DNA of 64,000 nucleotides from an uncultured Bacilli bacterium (GTDB lineage: Bacteria > Bacillota_I > Bacilli_A > ML615J-28 > CAG-313): NCBI GenBank assembly GCA_947591495.1, contig CANQDG010000007.1, positions 1,334 through 65,333 of the forward strand, in the 5' to 3' direction. Below the pieces are notes generated by a model, which saw nothing but the letters and a program-made list of their open reading frames with translations, had not been told where the DNA came from and ran no database searches. A program made the position numbers and the translations under genes. Of the stretch, positions 17,200-27,840 are shown piece by piece (the first letter of the stretch is position 1; each line of letters begins with the position of its first letter).

Positions 17200-20055
17200 T
17201 TAATAACGACGCCATTCACCATCATAGAATTGAATTGTTCTAGCCATACCTGTTACATCATTAAACCAACCTGAATCAGCATGACGACCAAGACCGAAAC
17301 TTGCTGAAGCAAACCATGGAGTATTTCTATCTTTAAAGTCAACTTTAACAAGGCTACTACAATTCTTAAATGCACCTGCTGAAATTCTAATTAATGTTGT
17401 TGGAATAGAAACTTCTTTAAGGTTAGTGCAACCATTAAATGCGTTAACTGCAATAGTAGTTGTGCCTTCTTTAATATCAACAACTGGTATTAATTTTTCA
17501 TTATCAGCTTTTATTAAGTGTGAATCGATATATAAAATACCATCTGTCCAATGTTCAGGGTTATTATAATATGCTGTATTTGCAAAAGCATTTTCACCTA
17601 TATATAAAACACCCTTACCGATTTTGATTTCTTGAAGATTAGTACAATCTTTAAAAGCTTCAAAACCTATATATGTAACACTTTCAGGAATTTCAATACT
17701 TTCAATGGCTGTTCCTTTAAATGTACCTGCTGGAATAGTTTTAACTGTTTCAGGAAGTACTACTTTACCTTCGGCACCATCAATGTGGAAATTTGTTGCA
17801 TAAAATAATGGACTAGAATAATCATTAACAAAAACAATTGATAACCATTCATTTATTGTTCCATTAAATTCAGCTGTTTCTAGTGCTTCACAACCCTTGA
17901 AAGCATCTTCATCAATTTGTTTAAGTGATTGTGGTAAAACGATACCTGTTAAACTAGTGCAACCATTGAAAGCATCACTACAAATAACAAGAGTACCAAT
18001 GTTAACACTAAATTTACCAACAAATGATGGATGAACTTTAAGTAAGTGATTATTAATATATAATGCATCACCTTCCCAGTTATGAGCATCCCTAACAAAA
18101 GCGGTATTTTCAAATGCATCTGTGCCAATTTCAACAACAGTGCTTGGAATAACTAAATTAGCTAAAGAATCACATTCATCAAATGCTTGTCTTCCTATTT
18201 CAACTAAACCATTTGGTAGATCTACGTTATTAAGCTTTTCGCATCCAGCAAAAGCAAAATCATTAATGATTTGAAGTTTGGATTCTGCAGCAAATTCAAT
18301 TTCTTCAAGTGTTCTAGAATAATAGAAAGCAAGACGGCCTATTTCAGTAACATTTTTACCAATATAAATTTTCCTAACTCCTTTAAGATTTTGGAAGGCA
18401 TTTTCACCAATTACTTCTACTGGGCAATCTAGATAAGTATCAGGAATAATAATTTCTGTTACGTTTGTTAATAATTGATTATTACCTTTAACAATGTAAT
18501 GAGCTCCTTGTTTAGTATAAACAAGACAATCATATTTGCATTCATCACATAAATTACTAATCGTAAATGTATGTGTATGTTCTTCTACATGATCTTCATT
18601 ACGCTTGCAAGTACGTTTATGAGAAGTTTCGGTAATTACCCAATTATTCCAATCATGACCTAAAGCATCATTTTTGGTTTCGGTATAACTATAATCGCAA
18701 TCATCACATGTATATGTAATAGTGGTTGGATTTTCACAATCAGGTGCAGTAGTTTGAGTTGTATAGTTATGTTCAAAACTTTCAACTGTTTGACATACTT
18801 CGCAAGTATGTTGATGCTTTCCATCCACGATTTCCCAATCTTGCCATTTATGTTGATATGAAGTAGTTCCTTCTTCGGTAAAACTTATATGACAATATTT
18901 ACAAGTTGTTTTAACGGTATCAGGAACTTGACAATTACCTTCGGTAGTTGCACTTTCCATTACGCAGTTGCCTGTTTCTTTATGTTCAGGATTACGTTTA
19001 CAAGTTCTGCTATGTGTTTGTTTAGTTTTATCTAATCCTGTTGGATCTCCATCATATACCCATTCATTCCAATCGCATCCTAAAGCATCTTTTTCATCAG
19101 ATTTTACTTGATCATTACATGTATTACAAATAGAAAGAGTATAACCTTTATCTTTACAAGTTGGATCAACTACCGATACAGTATATCCACAATCTTCTAA
19201 TTCACCTTTATATGTACAATTAGTACATTTAGCATAATGCTTTGTCGTTCCTTCTTCATGAACATAAGTTAGCTCGTGACCTTTAGGATTAACCACATCA
19301 GCTTCATGAACAACTTTACAAGTTTCACATACATATTTAGTATATCCTGGAGCATCACAAGTAGCCTCAATCTTAGTTTCTTCAACTAGATGACATTCCT
19401 TTTTGTCTTCAAAAGTACAACGTTTGCAATAGCGAACATGATAATGTTTATGAGTGCTATCGGCTTCTTGGCCACCTTCAATTAAAGGTTTATATGCATC
19501 ATCAGCATATTCATGACCTAAAGCATCAACATGGTCACTTTCATATTCTAAAGCACATCTTTGACATGTATGAGTAGTATAACCATCATCTGTACAAGTT
19601 GCATCAGTTACAACACTATCAAAAATACATGCTTCTTCTTCCATATGTTCAGGATTATTTTCACATACATGATAATGTTTTTTTGAACCATCTTTGCTTT
19701 GTTGCCAAGCTCCCCATTTATGTCCTAATGGTTGAATTTCTTGTTGTTCTTGTAAAACGGTTTTGCATATTTCACATTCAATTAAATCAGTTAAACCAGG
19801 TTCATTACAAGTAGCATCAAAACCTTTTTCTACTACTTTTTCTTTATGATCAAGTTTACTAATTTTAACTGAGGCTTTATGGCCACAAGTTGTGCATACT
19901 GCTTCTTTTAAGCCTTGACTTTGGCAAGTCGCTTCTTCTACAATTTCCCATGTTTCATATACGTGTTCATGGTTATCAATTCCACATCCTGTAAGGCTAG
20001 CCATAAAAGCACCTATACCAAATAAAGCAATAATTCTAAAAATAAATTTTTTCAT
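17200..20055 (-). CDS. surface lipoprotein: N-terminal Cys/His-rich repeat region plus C-terminal BspA-type leucine-rich repeats
   Basis: 951 aa. Lipobox SLTGC. About 8 Cys/His modules (for example ATCTDDGYTTHTCQRCA...LGH) in aa 25-510. These are followed by LRR_5-like units (IPxxVxxIGxxAFxxCxxL). Confidence 0.8.
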   Translation of the reverse strand: MKKFIFRIIALFGIGAFMASLTGCGIDNHEHVYETWEIVEEATCQSQGLKEAVCTTCGHKASVKISKLDHKEKVVEKGFDATCNEPGLTDLIECEICKTVLQEQQEIQPLGHKWGAWQQSKDGSKKHYHVCENNPEHMEEEACIFDSVVTDATCTDDGYTTHTCQRCALEYESDHVDALGHEYADDAYKPLIEGGQEADSTHKHYHVRYCKRCTFEDKKECHLVEETKIEATCDAPGYTKYVCETCKVVHEADVVNPKGHELTYVHEEGTTKHYAKCTNCTYKGELEDCGYTVSVVDPTCKDKGYTLSICNTCNDQVKSDEKDALGCDWNEWVYDGDPTGLDKTKQTHSRTCKRNPEHKETGNCVMESATTEGNCQVPDTVKTTCKYCHISFTEEGTTSYQHKWQDWEIVDGKHQHTCEVCQTVESFEHNYTTQTTAPDCENPTTITYTCDDCDYSYTETKNDALGHDWNNWVITETSHKRTCKRNEDHVEEHTHTFTISNLCDECKYDCLVYTKQGAHYIVKGNNQLLTNVTEIIIPDTYLDCPVEVIGENAFQNLKGVRKIYIGKNVTEIGRLAFYYSRTLEEIEFAAESKLQIINDFAFAGCEKLNNVDLPNGLVEIGRQAFDECDSLANLVIPSTVVEIGTDAFENTAFVRDAHNWEGDALYINNHLLKVHPSFVGKFSVNIGTLVICSDAFNGCTSLTGIVLPQSLKQIDEDAFKGCEALETAEFNGTINEWLSIVFVNDYSSPLFYATNFHIDGAEGKVVLPETVKTIPAGTFKGTAIESIEIPESVTYIGFEAFKDCTNLQEIKIGKGVLYIGENAFANTAYYNNPEHWTDGILYIDSHLIKADNEKLIPVVDIKEGTTTIAVNAFNGCTNLKEVSIPTTLIRISAGAFKNCSSLVKVDFKDRNTPWFASASFGLGRHADSGWFNDVTGMARTIQFYDGEWRRY

Positions 20056-20186
20056 AAATCCTTAATCCTTTCGTAAATTTTAATCATAAAAATTATAATA
20101 TAATTTGTTAATAATTGTCAATTTATATTATAATTTTTTAAATTATTAAATAAAAAGTCCTTATTAAACTTTTATGTTTAAATGAT

Positions 20187-20216
20187 AAAAGCGCCTATTT
20201 GATAGACGCCTTTTTT
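20187..20216 (-). terminator. intrinsic (bidirectional-looking) terminator after PFOR
   Basis: GCGCCTAT/ATAGACGC stem with 1 mismatch, flanked by an A-run and a T-run. Confidence 0.5.
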
Positions 20217-20231
20217 GTAAAATATTTTAAA

Positions 20232-23200
20232 CTATTCAGCAAAATTCATTGATAAATATCTTTGATAACTCTTATATCTTCTTTGAGCTTCTTCTTTATT
20301 CTTAGCAAGAAGTTTTTCAGCTTCAGCTGGATTAATACTCTTAAGTTGAGCATAACGTGTTTCACTCATTAGATATTCATCATATTTATCCCAATCAGGT
20401 TCTTTTGAATCTACACAAAGAGGATTTTTGCCTTCTAATGCAAGTCTTGGATCATATCTAAGTAGAGTCCAATATCCGCATTCAACTGCAAGTTTTGCTT
20501 GTTCTTGAGCTTTACCCATACCACGTTTTAAACCATGGTTGATACAAGGTGAGTATGCAATAATAATTGATGGTCCATGATAACTTTCAGCTTCTCTCAT
20601 TGCTTTTAAAAGTTGAGCTTGACTTGCGCCATGGGCAACATATGCAACATATACATGTCCATAACTCATCGCAATCGCTGCAAGGTCTTTTTTCTTACCA
20701 TGTTTACCAGCAGCTGTAAATTTAGCAATTGATGCTGTTGGTGATGATTTAGAAGATTGGCCACCAGTATTTGAATATACTTCAGTATCAAGAACTAAAA
20801 TATTAACATCTTCATTATTAGCAATTACATGGTCAAGGCCACCATATCCAATATCATATGCCCAACCATCACCACCAATAATCCATTGTGATCTTTTTAC
20901 TAGATGATCTCTTAAATCATAAATAGCTTTAGCATGAGGACAAGTCTTATCTTTAAGAAGTGGAACAAGTTCATCAGCTACTTCTCTTGTTACTTTGTAG
21001 TCTTCACGATTTTCAAGCCATAATTTAAATAATTCTTTAATACGTGTTTCGCCTTCACATTCAGCTATTGCTTCTTCCATATGAGTTGCGATTTGATCAC
21101 GAAGAGCAGTGCTTGCGGCAACCATACCAAAACCAAATTCAGCATTATCTTCAAATAAAGAATTAGCCCAAGCAGGTCCATGACCTTCTTTATTTTTCGT
21201 ATATGGAGTTGCAGGGAAACTACCACCATAAATTGATGAGCAACCAGTAGCATTAGCAATTACCATATGATCACCAAATAATTGTGTTGCAAGTTTAACA
21301 TAAGGTGTTTCACCACAGCCACCACATGCACCTGAGAATTCAAATAATGGTTGAGCAAATTGACTATTTTTAGGGTTAGCCATCTTATCAACTAAGTTAT
21401 CTTTATAAGTTACTTCATTGAAGAAATATGCAGCCTTTTTAGCTTGACCATTTTCTAAAGCCTCCGAAATTGGATGCATTGTAAGAGCTTTTTCACCTTT
21501 CTTACCAGGGCAAGTATTAACACATACTTCACAACCTGTGCAGTCAAGTGTTGAAATTTGTAAAGTATATTTAAGGCCAGCAAAATCTTTTCCAACTGGA
21601 GTTAAATAATCAGTTCCTTCAGGTGCCTTATTTGCTTCATCTTCAGTTGCAAGGAAAGGACGAATTACAGCATGTGGACATACAAATGCACATTGGTTAC
21701 ATTGAATACAGTTATCAGGATTCCAAACAGGAACAAAGTTAGCTGTGCCACGTTTTTCATAAGCGGCAGTACCATTAGGCATTGTGCCATCTTCAAAACC
21801 AGTAAAGGCTGAAACAGGTAAATCATAACCTTTTACTTTGTTAACAGGATCAGCGATTTTTTTAACAAAATCAGGACGAGTTTCATCTACTTTTACTTCT
21901 TCAACTGGTAAGTTTTTCCAAGAAGGTTTTACTTTAATTTCAACTAATCCTTCAGCACCTTTATCGATAGCTTGATAATTTAATTGAACAACTGCTTCAC
22001 CTTTTTTACCATATGTTTTAGCAGCATATTTTTTCATTAAATCTTGAGCTGTTTCATAAGGCATAATTTGTTCATTTAATTTGAAGAAAGCAGATTGTAA
22101 AATTGTATTAGTACGATTACCAAGACCAATTTCTCTTGCTAGATGAACAGCATCAATAATATAGAATTTTGCATGTTTTTCCGCAAGACCTTTTTTAAAG
22201 GCATTTGGTAAATGAGCTTCGATTTCTTTAGCGCTTCTAACGGTATTAAGTAAGAAAGTACCACCATTTTTCAAGCAACTTAACATATCGTATTTTTCAA
22301 CATAAGCCTCTAAACTACAGCTTACAAAATCGGCATGATTTACAAGATATGGAGCAGTAATTGGTTTTGGACCAAAACGTAAATGTGATCTTGTTACACC
22401 ACCTGATTTCTTTGAATCATAAGCAAAATATGCTTGCGCGTAAAGGTCAGTATTATCACCAATAATTTTAATTGTATTTTTATTAGCACCAACTGTACCA
22501 TCACTACCAAGACCAAAGAAAACAAGTTCTGATGTTCCTTCTAGAAGTTTAATTTCTTTACCGACAGGAATACTTAAATGTGTAACATCATCTTCAATAC
22601 CAACGGTAAAGTTATCAAAACCATTTTTCTTTAAGTGTTCGAAAACTGCCAACATTTGAGCTGGAGTAGTGTCTTTACTAGAAAGTCCATATCTTCCACC
22701 AATAATGCTTGGAGCACCTTTTACACCATAGAAAGCAGCTTTAACATCTAAGTATAGTGGTTCGCCTAGTGATCCTGGTTCTTTAGTTCGATCTAAAACA
22801 GCAACTCTCTTAACTGTTTTAGGCATTACATTTAATAAATATTCTTTGGCAAAAGGTCGATATAGATGAACAGTTACGCAACCTACTTTTTTACCTTTAG
22901 CATTTAAATAATCAACAACTTGTTTAATTGTTTCGGTAACTGAACCCATTGCAACAATAACATCAGTTGCATCGCTTGCGCCATAATAAACAAATGGAGC
23001 ATAATTACGTCCTGTTACTTCACTAATTTTTTTCATATATTCAGCAACAACGGCTGGAACTTCTTGATAGAATTTATTTTGGATTTCTCTTGTTTGGAAA
23101 TAAACATCATCATTTTGAGCAGATCCTCTTGTTACAGGATGTTCAAATGTTAATGCTCTTTCTCTAAAGCGTTTAACTGCATCACGATCAAGTAATTGAT

Positions 23201-23777
23201 CAAATACTTCATAATCCATTACTTCAACTTTTTGAATTTCATGTGAAGTTCTAAATCCATCAAAGAAATGCATAAATGGAACGCTTGTTTTAATAGCTGC
23301 AAGATGTGCAACTCCAGCAAGATCCATTACTTCTTGAACAGATGATGTGGCAAGCATCGCAAAACCTGTTTGACGACATGCCATAACATCTTGATGATCA
23401 CCAAAAATTGATAATGCTTGTGCAGCAAGACTACGTGCAGATACATGAATTACACCTGGTAATAATTCACCAGCAATTTTATACATATTAGGAATCTTTA
23501 ATAATAATCCTTGGCTTGCAGTAAATGTTGTTGTTAAAGCACCTGCTTGAAGTGAACCATGAACAGAGCCAGCAGCTCCTGCTTCTGATTGCATTTCAAC
23601 AATTTTTACAGGCATACCGAATAAATTTTTCTTTCCTTTTGATGCCCATTCTTCCGCATACTCAGCCATTGGTGATGATGGAGTAATTGGATAAATACCA
23701 GCTACTTCGGTAAAAGCATAGGCGCAATGTGCAGCCGCTTGGTTACCATCCATAGATTGGAAAACTTTTTTAGACAT
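20232..23777 (-). CDS. nifJ: pyruvate:ferredoxin (flavodoxin) oxidoreductase, single-chain
   Basis: 1181 aa. CIQCNQCAFVCPHA and CTGCEVCVNTCP ferredoxin motifs, plus the TPP-binding region GGDGWAYDIGYGGLDH. Confidence 0.95.
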   Translation of the reverse strand: MSKKVFQSMDGNQAAAHCAYAFTEVAGIYPITPSSPMAEYAEEWASKGKKNLFGMPVKIVEMQSEAGAAGSVHGSLQAGALTTTFTASQGLLLKIPNMYKIAGELLPGVIHVSARSLAAQALSIFGDHQDVMACRQTGFAMLATSSVQEVMDLAGVAHLAAIKTSVPFMHFFDGFRTSHEIQKVEVMDYEVFDQLLDRDAVKRFRERALTFEHPVTRGSAQNDDVYFQTREIQNKFYQEVPAVVAEYMKKISEVTGRNYAPFVYYGASDATDVIVAMGSVTETIKQVVDYLNAKGKKVGCVTVHLYRPFAKEYLLNVMPKTVKRVAVLDRTKEPGSLGEPLYLDVKAAFYGVKGAPSIIGGRYGLSSKDTTPAQMLAVFEHLKKNGFDNFTVGIEDDVTHLSIPVGKEIKLLEGTSELVFFGLGSDGTVGANKNTIKIIGDNTDLYAQAYFAYDSKKSGGVTRSHLRFGPKPITAPYLVNHADFVSCSLEAYVEKYDMLSCLKNGGTFLLNTVRSAKEIEAHLPNAFKKGLAEKHAKFYIIDAVHLAREIGLGNRTNTILQSAFFKLNEQIMPYETAQDLMKKYAAKTYGKKGEAVVQLNYQAIDKGAEGLVEIKVKPSWKNLPVEEVKVDETRPDFVKKIADPVNKVKGYDLPVSAFTGFEDGTMPNGTAAYEKRGTANFVPVWNPDNCIQCNQCAFVCPHAVIRPFLATEDEANKAPEGTDYLTPVGKDFAGLKYTLQISTLDCTGCEVCVNTCPGKKGEKALTMHPISEALENGQAKKAAYFFNEVTYKDNLVDKMANPKNSQFAQPLFEFSGACGGCGETPYVKLATQLFGDHMVIANATGCSSIYGGSFPATPYTKNKEGHGPAWANSLFEDNAEFGFGMVAASTALRDQIATHMEEAIAECEGETRIKELFKLWLENREDYKVTREVADELVPLLKDKTCPHAKAIYDLRDHLVKRSQWIIGGDGWAYDIGYGGLDHVIANNEDVNILVLDTEVYSNTGGQSSKSSPTASIAKFTAAGKHGKKKDLAAIAMSYGHVYVAYVAHGASQAQLLKAMREAESYHGPSIIIAYSPCINHGLKRGMGKAQEQAKLAVECGYWTLLRYDPRLALEGKNPLCVDSKEPDWDKYDEYLMSETRYAQLKSINPAEAEKLLAKNKEEAQRRYKSYQRYLSMNFAE

Positions 23778-23810
23778 AATTAATTCCTCCTATATCTTTC
23801 ATACTTTTTT

Positions 23811-23839
23811 ATTATATCACATTCTGTCAATTTGGTAAA
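23811..23839 (-). promoter_or_regulatory. putative promoter of the PFOR gene
   Basis: On the minus strand, TTTACC, a 17-nt spacer, then TGATATAAT (extended -10). Confidence 0.4.
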
Positions 23840-23860
23840 CAAAATAACATAACTTTTGTT

Positions 23861-24661
23861 TTAATCTTTTAAAAATTTAGTTACAAAAGACAAAATTAAA
23901 CTTATTGCAAATCCAATTGCATAATAATAACAAACAATTGTTCCTTGCACATTCATTGCAAAAATTGGCACAAAATCATTGACTGAAACATTTGCAATAT
24001 CGACATGTCTTTTAAACACAATTGGCATCATCAGTAAAAGCAAACTTACAATAAGGCCAAAAAGACTCATTCTAAATAATTTGGTTTTTTTCTTACCGAA
24101 AATGCCTTTTATAGACCTAATAATTACAATGACTGCTGCAGCAAATTCAAAAGCAATAATGAGTACTAAAGTAATTGTTGGAAAAGGATTGCACCAATTT
24201 TCAAAAAATTGTTCCATATTAGATTTGCCGTTTAATTCTTTAATTTTACGCCCAATTTCGATATCATATTCAAATTGATTTTTGATACTATTAGCTAAAT
24301 CAATATATTTAATACCTTTAGTTTTTAATCGATAAAAGTCATTTTTAATAGCATCGCTTAAATCAACAATATCAATTGAACCACTACCTTCAAGATTACC
24401 AGCTGTATCATCGGCTTTATAGTATAGTTGGAGTGCCGCAATTATCATATATATAACATCATCAATTCCTTCTTCTTTTAATTCCTCAGAACTTTTTTGA
24501 TTATTAGAATCTGCTAATTCTTTGGCTACATATATATCAATATATTCTTTATGGTTATCGTAAATTTCTTCACGATTAAATTTTAGAATAGGAAAAATTA
24601 ATAAACTTAGGCACATTGCTATCGCAATAATTAAGCTAATTCCATAACAAATTTTTTTCAT
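23861..24661 (-). CDS. membrane protein, function unknown
   Basis: 266 aa. N-terminal TM helix, an acidic helical region, and about 4 C-terminal TM helices. No recognisable motif. Confidence 0.5.
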   Translation of the reverse strand: MKKICYGISLIIAIAMCLSLLIFPILKFNREEIYDNHKEYIDIYVAKELADSNNQKSSEELKEEGIDDVIYMIIAALQLYYKADDTAGNLEGSGSIDIVDLSDAIKNDFYRLKTKGIKYIDLANSIKNQFEYDIEIGRKIKELNGKSNMEQFFENWCNPFPTITLVLIIAFEFAAAVIVIIRSIKGIFGKKKTKLFRMSLFGLIVSLLLLMMPIVFKRHVDIANVSVNDFVPIFAMNVQGTIVCYYYAIGFAISLILSFVTKFLKD

Positions 24662-24866
24662 TTTCTTTCTCCTTTGCTTTGCATTATTATACTAAATTTT
24701 AAAATCTTTCACAATAATTTCGATTATTTTATCCTAAAAATATCTATTTTTTTTCAAGACTTATCTTTTATTATTAACTGATTTTTTCCTATTTATACTT
24801 ATAATAATCATCTTTTTGTTAATACATAAAAAATAAAAACTAACATATAATAATACGGGTGATAAG

Positions 24867-26285
24867 ATGTTACTTAAAGATATATATAAAGAATATAATT
24901 ACAATATTGAAATAGAAGGTGTTCAAACTGATTCGCGATTTGTTAAACCTAAAGATCTTTTCTTGCCTCTTAGTGGCGGTAATTTTGATGGTAGTGAATT
25001 CATTATTGAGGCTATTACTAAAGGGGCAGCGGCTATTATTAGTGAAAAAAATATTGAAAATCTCACCGTTCCAGTGATTGTTGTTGATGATGCTCGTAAA
25101 GAATTACAAAGATTAATCGATTTAATTTATGAAAAACCTTATAATGAATTAACAATGATTGGTGTTACGGGAACTGATGGTAAAACTAGTGTTTCAACCC
25201 TAACATCATATCTTTTAAATCACTTATCGCGTTGTGCTAATATTGGCACAAATGGTATTATTTATGATAAGGAAATTAAAGAAAACCTCTTCACTACTCC
25301 ACTTTTAACGGAAAATTATCGTCTATTAAGAACCTTTTCTAATCAAGGAATTTCCTATGTTTCAATGGAAGTATCAAGTCAAGGAATAGCTAATCACCGA
25401 ATAGATGGCATCTTATATGATTATGCTATTTTTACTAATTTATCGCATGAACATCTAGATACCCATAAAACTATGCATAATTATTTTTTAACTAAATTAA
25501 AATTATTTAAACAATTAAAAGAACAAGGTATAATGATTGTTAATAAAGATGATTATTATGCTAAGTTTTTTGAAAAATATCCCAATGTTATATATTATAG
25601 TTTATTTTCTCCTTCTGATTATCAAGCTATTCATATTAGATATTACCAAAATCATACCGTATTTGATTTGAAAGCTAAAGATTTTATTTTAGAAAATTTA
25701 CGTGTAAATAGAACGGAAGAATATAATATTTATAATATCATTCCACCCATTATCATTGCTTTAAAAGAAGGTTTAGATATTAATCTACTTTATGAACTTT
25801 TATTAGATTTACCGATTATCCCAGGTCGCTTAGAAAAAGTCCCTGTTCGTTATCCTTTCGAGGTATATATCGATTTTGCACATACACCAAACGCTCTAAA
25901 AAATGTTCTCTCGGCTCTTCGTAAAAAAGCTAAAAGAGAAATCATTTTAGTTTGTGGAGCAGCTGGCAATAAAGACCATACTAAAAGGCCTTTAATGGGT
26001 AGTATTGCGACCGAATATGCAGACTATACCATTTTTACATCCGAAGATCCACGAACCGAAGATCCTAATGAAATCATTAAAGAAATGATTAAAATGATTG
26101 ATCTAACAAGAAACAATTATAAGATTATTATTAATCGTCAAGATGCTTTATCTTATGCCTTTAAAATTGCTAAAAAAGATGATATTATCATTGTAACAGG
26201 AAAGGGTCGGGAAAACTTCTTTGAAGAAAACAATATAATCTATCAATATTCTGATTTTGATTACTTATTAGATATTAAGATTTAA
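24867..26285 (+). CDS. murE: UDP-N-acetylmuramoyl-L-alanyl-D-glutamate--2,6-diaminopimelate (or L-Lys) ligase MurE
   Basis: 472 aa. GVTGTDGKTS P-loop. The TSEDPRTEDP segment resembles the DNPR motif of meso-DAP-adding enzymes. Confidence 0.88.
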   Translation: MLLKDIYKEYNYNIEIEGVQTDSRFVKPKDLFLPLSGGNFDGSEFIIEAITKGAAAIISEKNIENLTVPVIVVDDARKELQRLIDLIYEKPYNELTMIGVTGTDGKTSVSTLTSYLLNHLSRCANIGTNGIIYDKEIKENLFTTPLLTENYRLLRTFSNQGISYVSMEVSSQGIANHRIDGILYDYAIFTNLSHEHLDTHKTMHNYFLTKLKLFKQLKEQGIMIVNKDDYYAKFFEKYPNVIYYSLFSPSDYQAIHIRYYQNHTVFDLKAKDFILENLRVNRTEEYNIYNIIPPIIIALKEGLDINLLYELLLDLPIIPGRLEKVPVRYPFEVYIDFAHTPNALKNVLSALRKKAKREIILVCGAAGNKDHTKRPLMGSIATEYADYTIFTSEDPRTEDPNEIIKEMIKMIDLTRNNYKIIINRQDALSYAFKIAKKDDIIIVTGKGRENFFEENNIIYQYSDFDYLLDIKI

Positions 26286-26311
26286 TTTATATTATTTTAT
26301 TTAACACATGT

Positions 26312-27793
26312 TTATGTCGTAATATATTTAGAGTTTTTACCCAAATCTATTTTTTTAATAAAACCTTTTTCGACTAATGATTTTAAAATATTATTACATT
26401 TTGTTCTTTTACAACCTAAATATTTTTCTAAATCTTGTCTTGTAATTTCTTTTTTAACTTTTATAAATACGAAAGCTTTTTGTTCATCGTATGATAAATC
26501 ATCTTGAGGTTGCATATAAGAATAATATATATCCTCACTAACACTTGGCATAATTTGACTATTTAGATAGATTATTAATTTAGTCCTATCTGGATTAAAG
26601 TTTTCTTCCATTTTAGGTTTACGATAGCCATATAATTTAGTTGCATTGATGATGGTTTGAATACCTGTGCCGGCACGTTCAGCAATTTTAATTAAACTAA
26701 AAATTTTTAAAATTGTTTCATTACGAGGATCAGTAGAACCACCTTCAAACGCTTCTTCAATACTCGTTCTCATACTTCCAGGATTAGAAAATTCAATTCT
26801 ATCTTTGTATTTTTTAATTACGATACCTCTTGTTCCATAATAATCAGCATTTGACAATGTATTACATAAGGCTTCTCTTATTGCTTTATGCATAGGTGTA
26901 TCATCCACTCTTTGAAGACCTTATAATTTAAAAGGGACAAATAAGTCTTGAATTAATTTATTATATACTTTAAAAAAGAAATCAAAGATATTACCACTCC
27001 AATCTCCTGATGAAGATTGAATTCGATCTATCCATCTTATTTCGGGAGTTTCTTCGCGGTGATCTTGATAATCTAAAAAATAATGGCAAAATTCATCGGT
27101 AATCCGATACTCCTTACCAAACATTAATAGCCCTGCACGCGTAAGATGGATTGAACCATCAGCAGTTTTTTTAACTATGCCTAAATTTAAATAAAATTGT
27201 TCATCCGACATTGTGAGAAAAAGATGGCTTGGATTAGAGGCTTTTAACATTTGCTTATAACTAGAAATAGATTCTAAATTTAAATCTTCTAAGGTAAAGT
27301 TTTCTAAACAAGTTTTATCACTTGATTGATCACTAGAATCTCTAATCATTAAATCAATTTCAGCTTTAGTACAATGATAATCACCTTCATGATTTCTTCG
27401 ATATGTACCATTATATAAGTTGTTATTTATATATACCGGCTTTTCAAATCTACTTGCTTTTTTTATTTTGATTACTAAAACAGGATAGTCATCATACCAA
27501 TCAACATATACATCTTTATCAACCAATATATTAATACTCACTTTTTTCGTATTATTAATTGTATCCCAAAAATTTTTTTGCAAATTATCTAGTTCTATAT
27601 TGGTTAGTTTTGATGAAACAAAAGTATTCTTTTGAATTTCATCTATCCCTAATATAATGGTTCCGCCATTTGTATTGGCAAACGCACTATAACTTTTCCA
27701 AAGTGAATTAGGTAATCCACCTTTCGCTTTTTTAAACTCAACTAGATTATTTTCTTTTAATGCTTTAAGTTCTTTAGCTAACATATTATCCAT
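26312..27793 (-). pseudogene. AlbA_2 (Schlafen-like) plus HATPase_c_4 plus wHTH putative regulator, interrupted by one in-frame TAA
   Basis: ORFs 26921-27793 (LVEFKKAKGGLP...FANTNGGTIILGIDE) and 26312-26908 (DDTPMHKAIREALCNTLSNADYY) are in the same frame. The junction reads FVPFKL-TAA-GLQRVDDTPMH, with the stop at 26921-26923. Confidence 0.7.
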
Positions 27794-27805
27794 TCCTTTA
27801 CCGAT

Positions 27806-27834
27806 CTTATACCATTATTAAAAACATTTTGCAA
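27806..27834 (-). promoter_or_regulatory. putative promoter of the AlbA_2-family gene
   Basis: On the minus strand, TTGCAA (27834-27829), a 17-nt spacer, then TATAAG (27811-27806). Confidence 0.4.
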
Positions 27835-27840
27835 CCGTTT

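Noticed and set aside
26921-26923. The in-frame TAA read as evidence of stop-codon reassignment or programmed read-through
   Set aside because: TAA terminates most genes in this window, including ribosomal protein genes, so reassignment is untenable. I see no read-through context. A nonsense mutation or a sequencing error is the more economical explanation.
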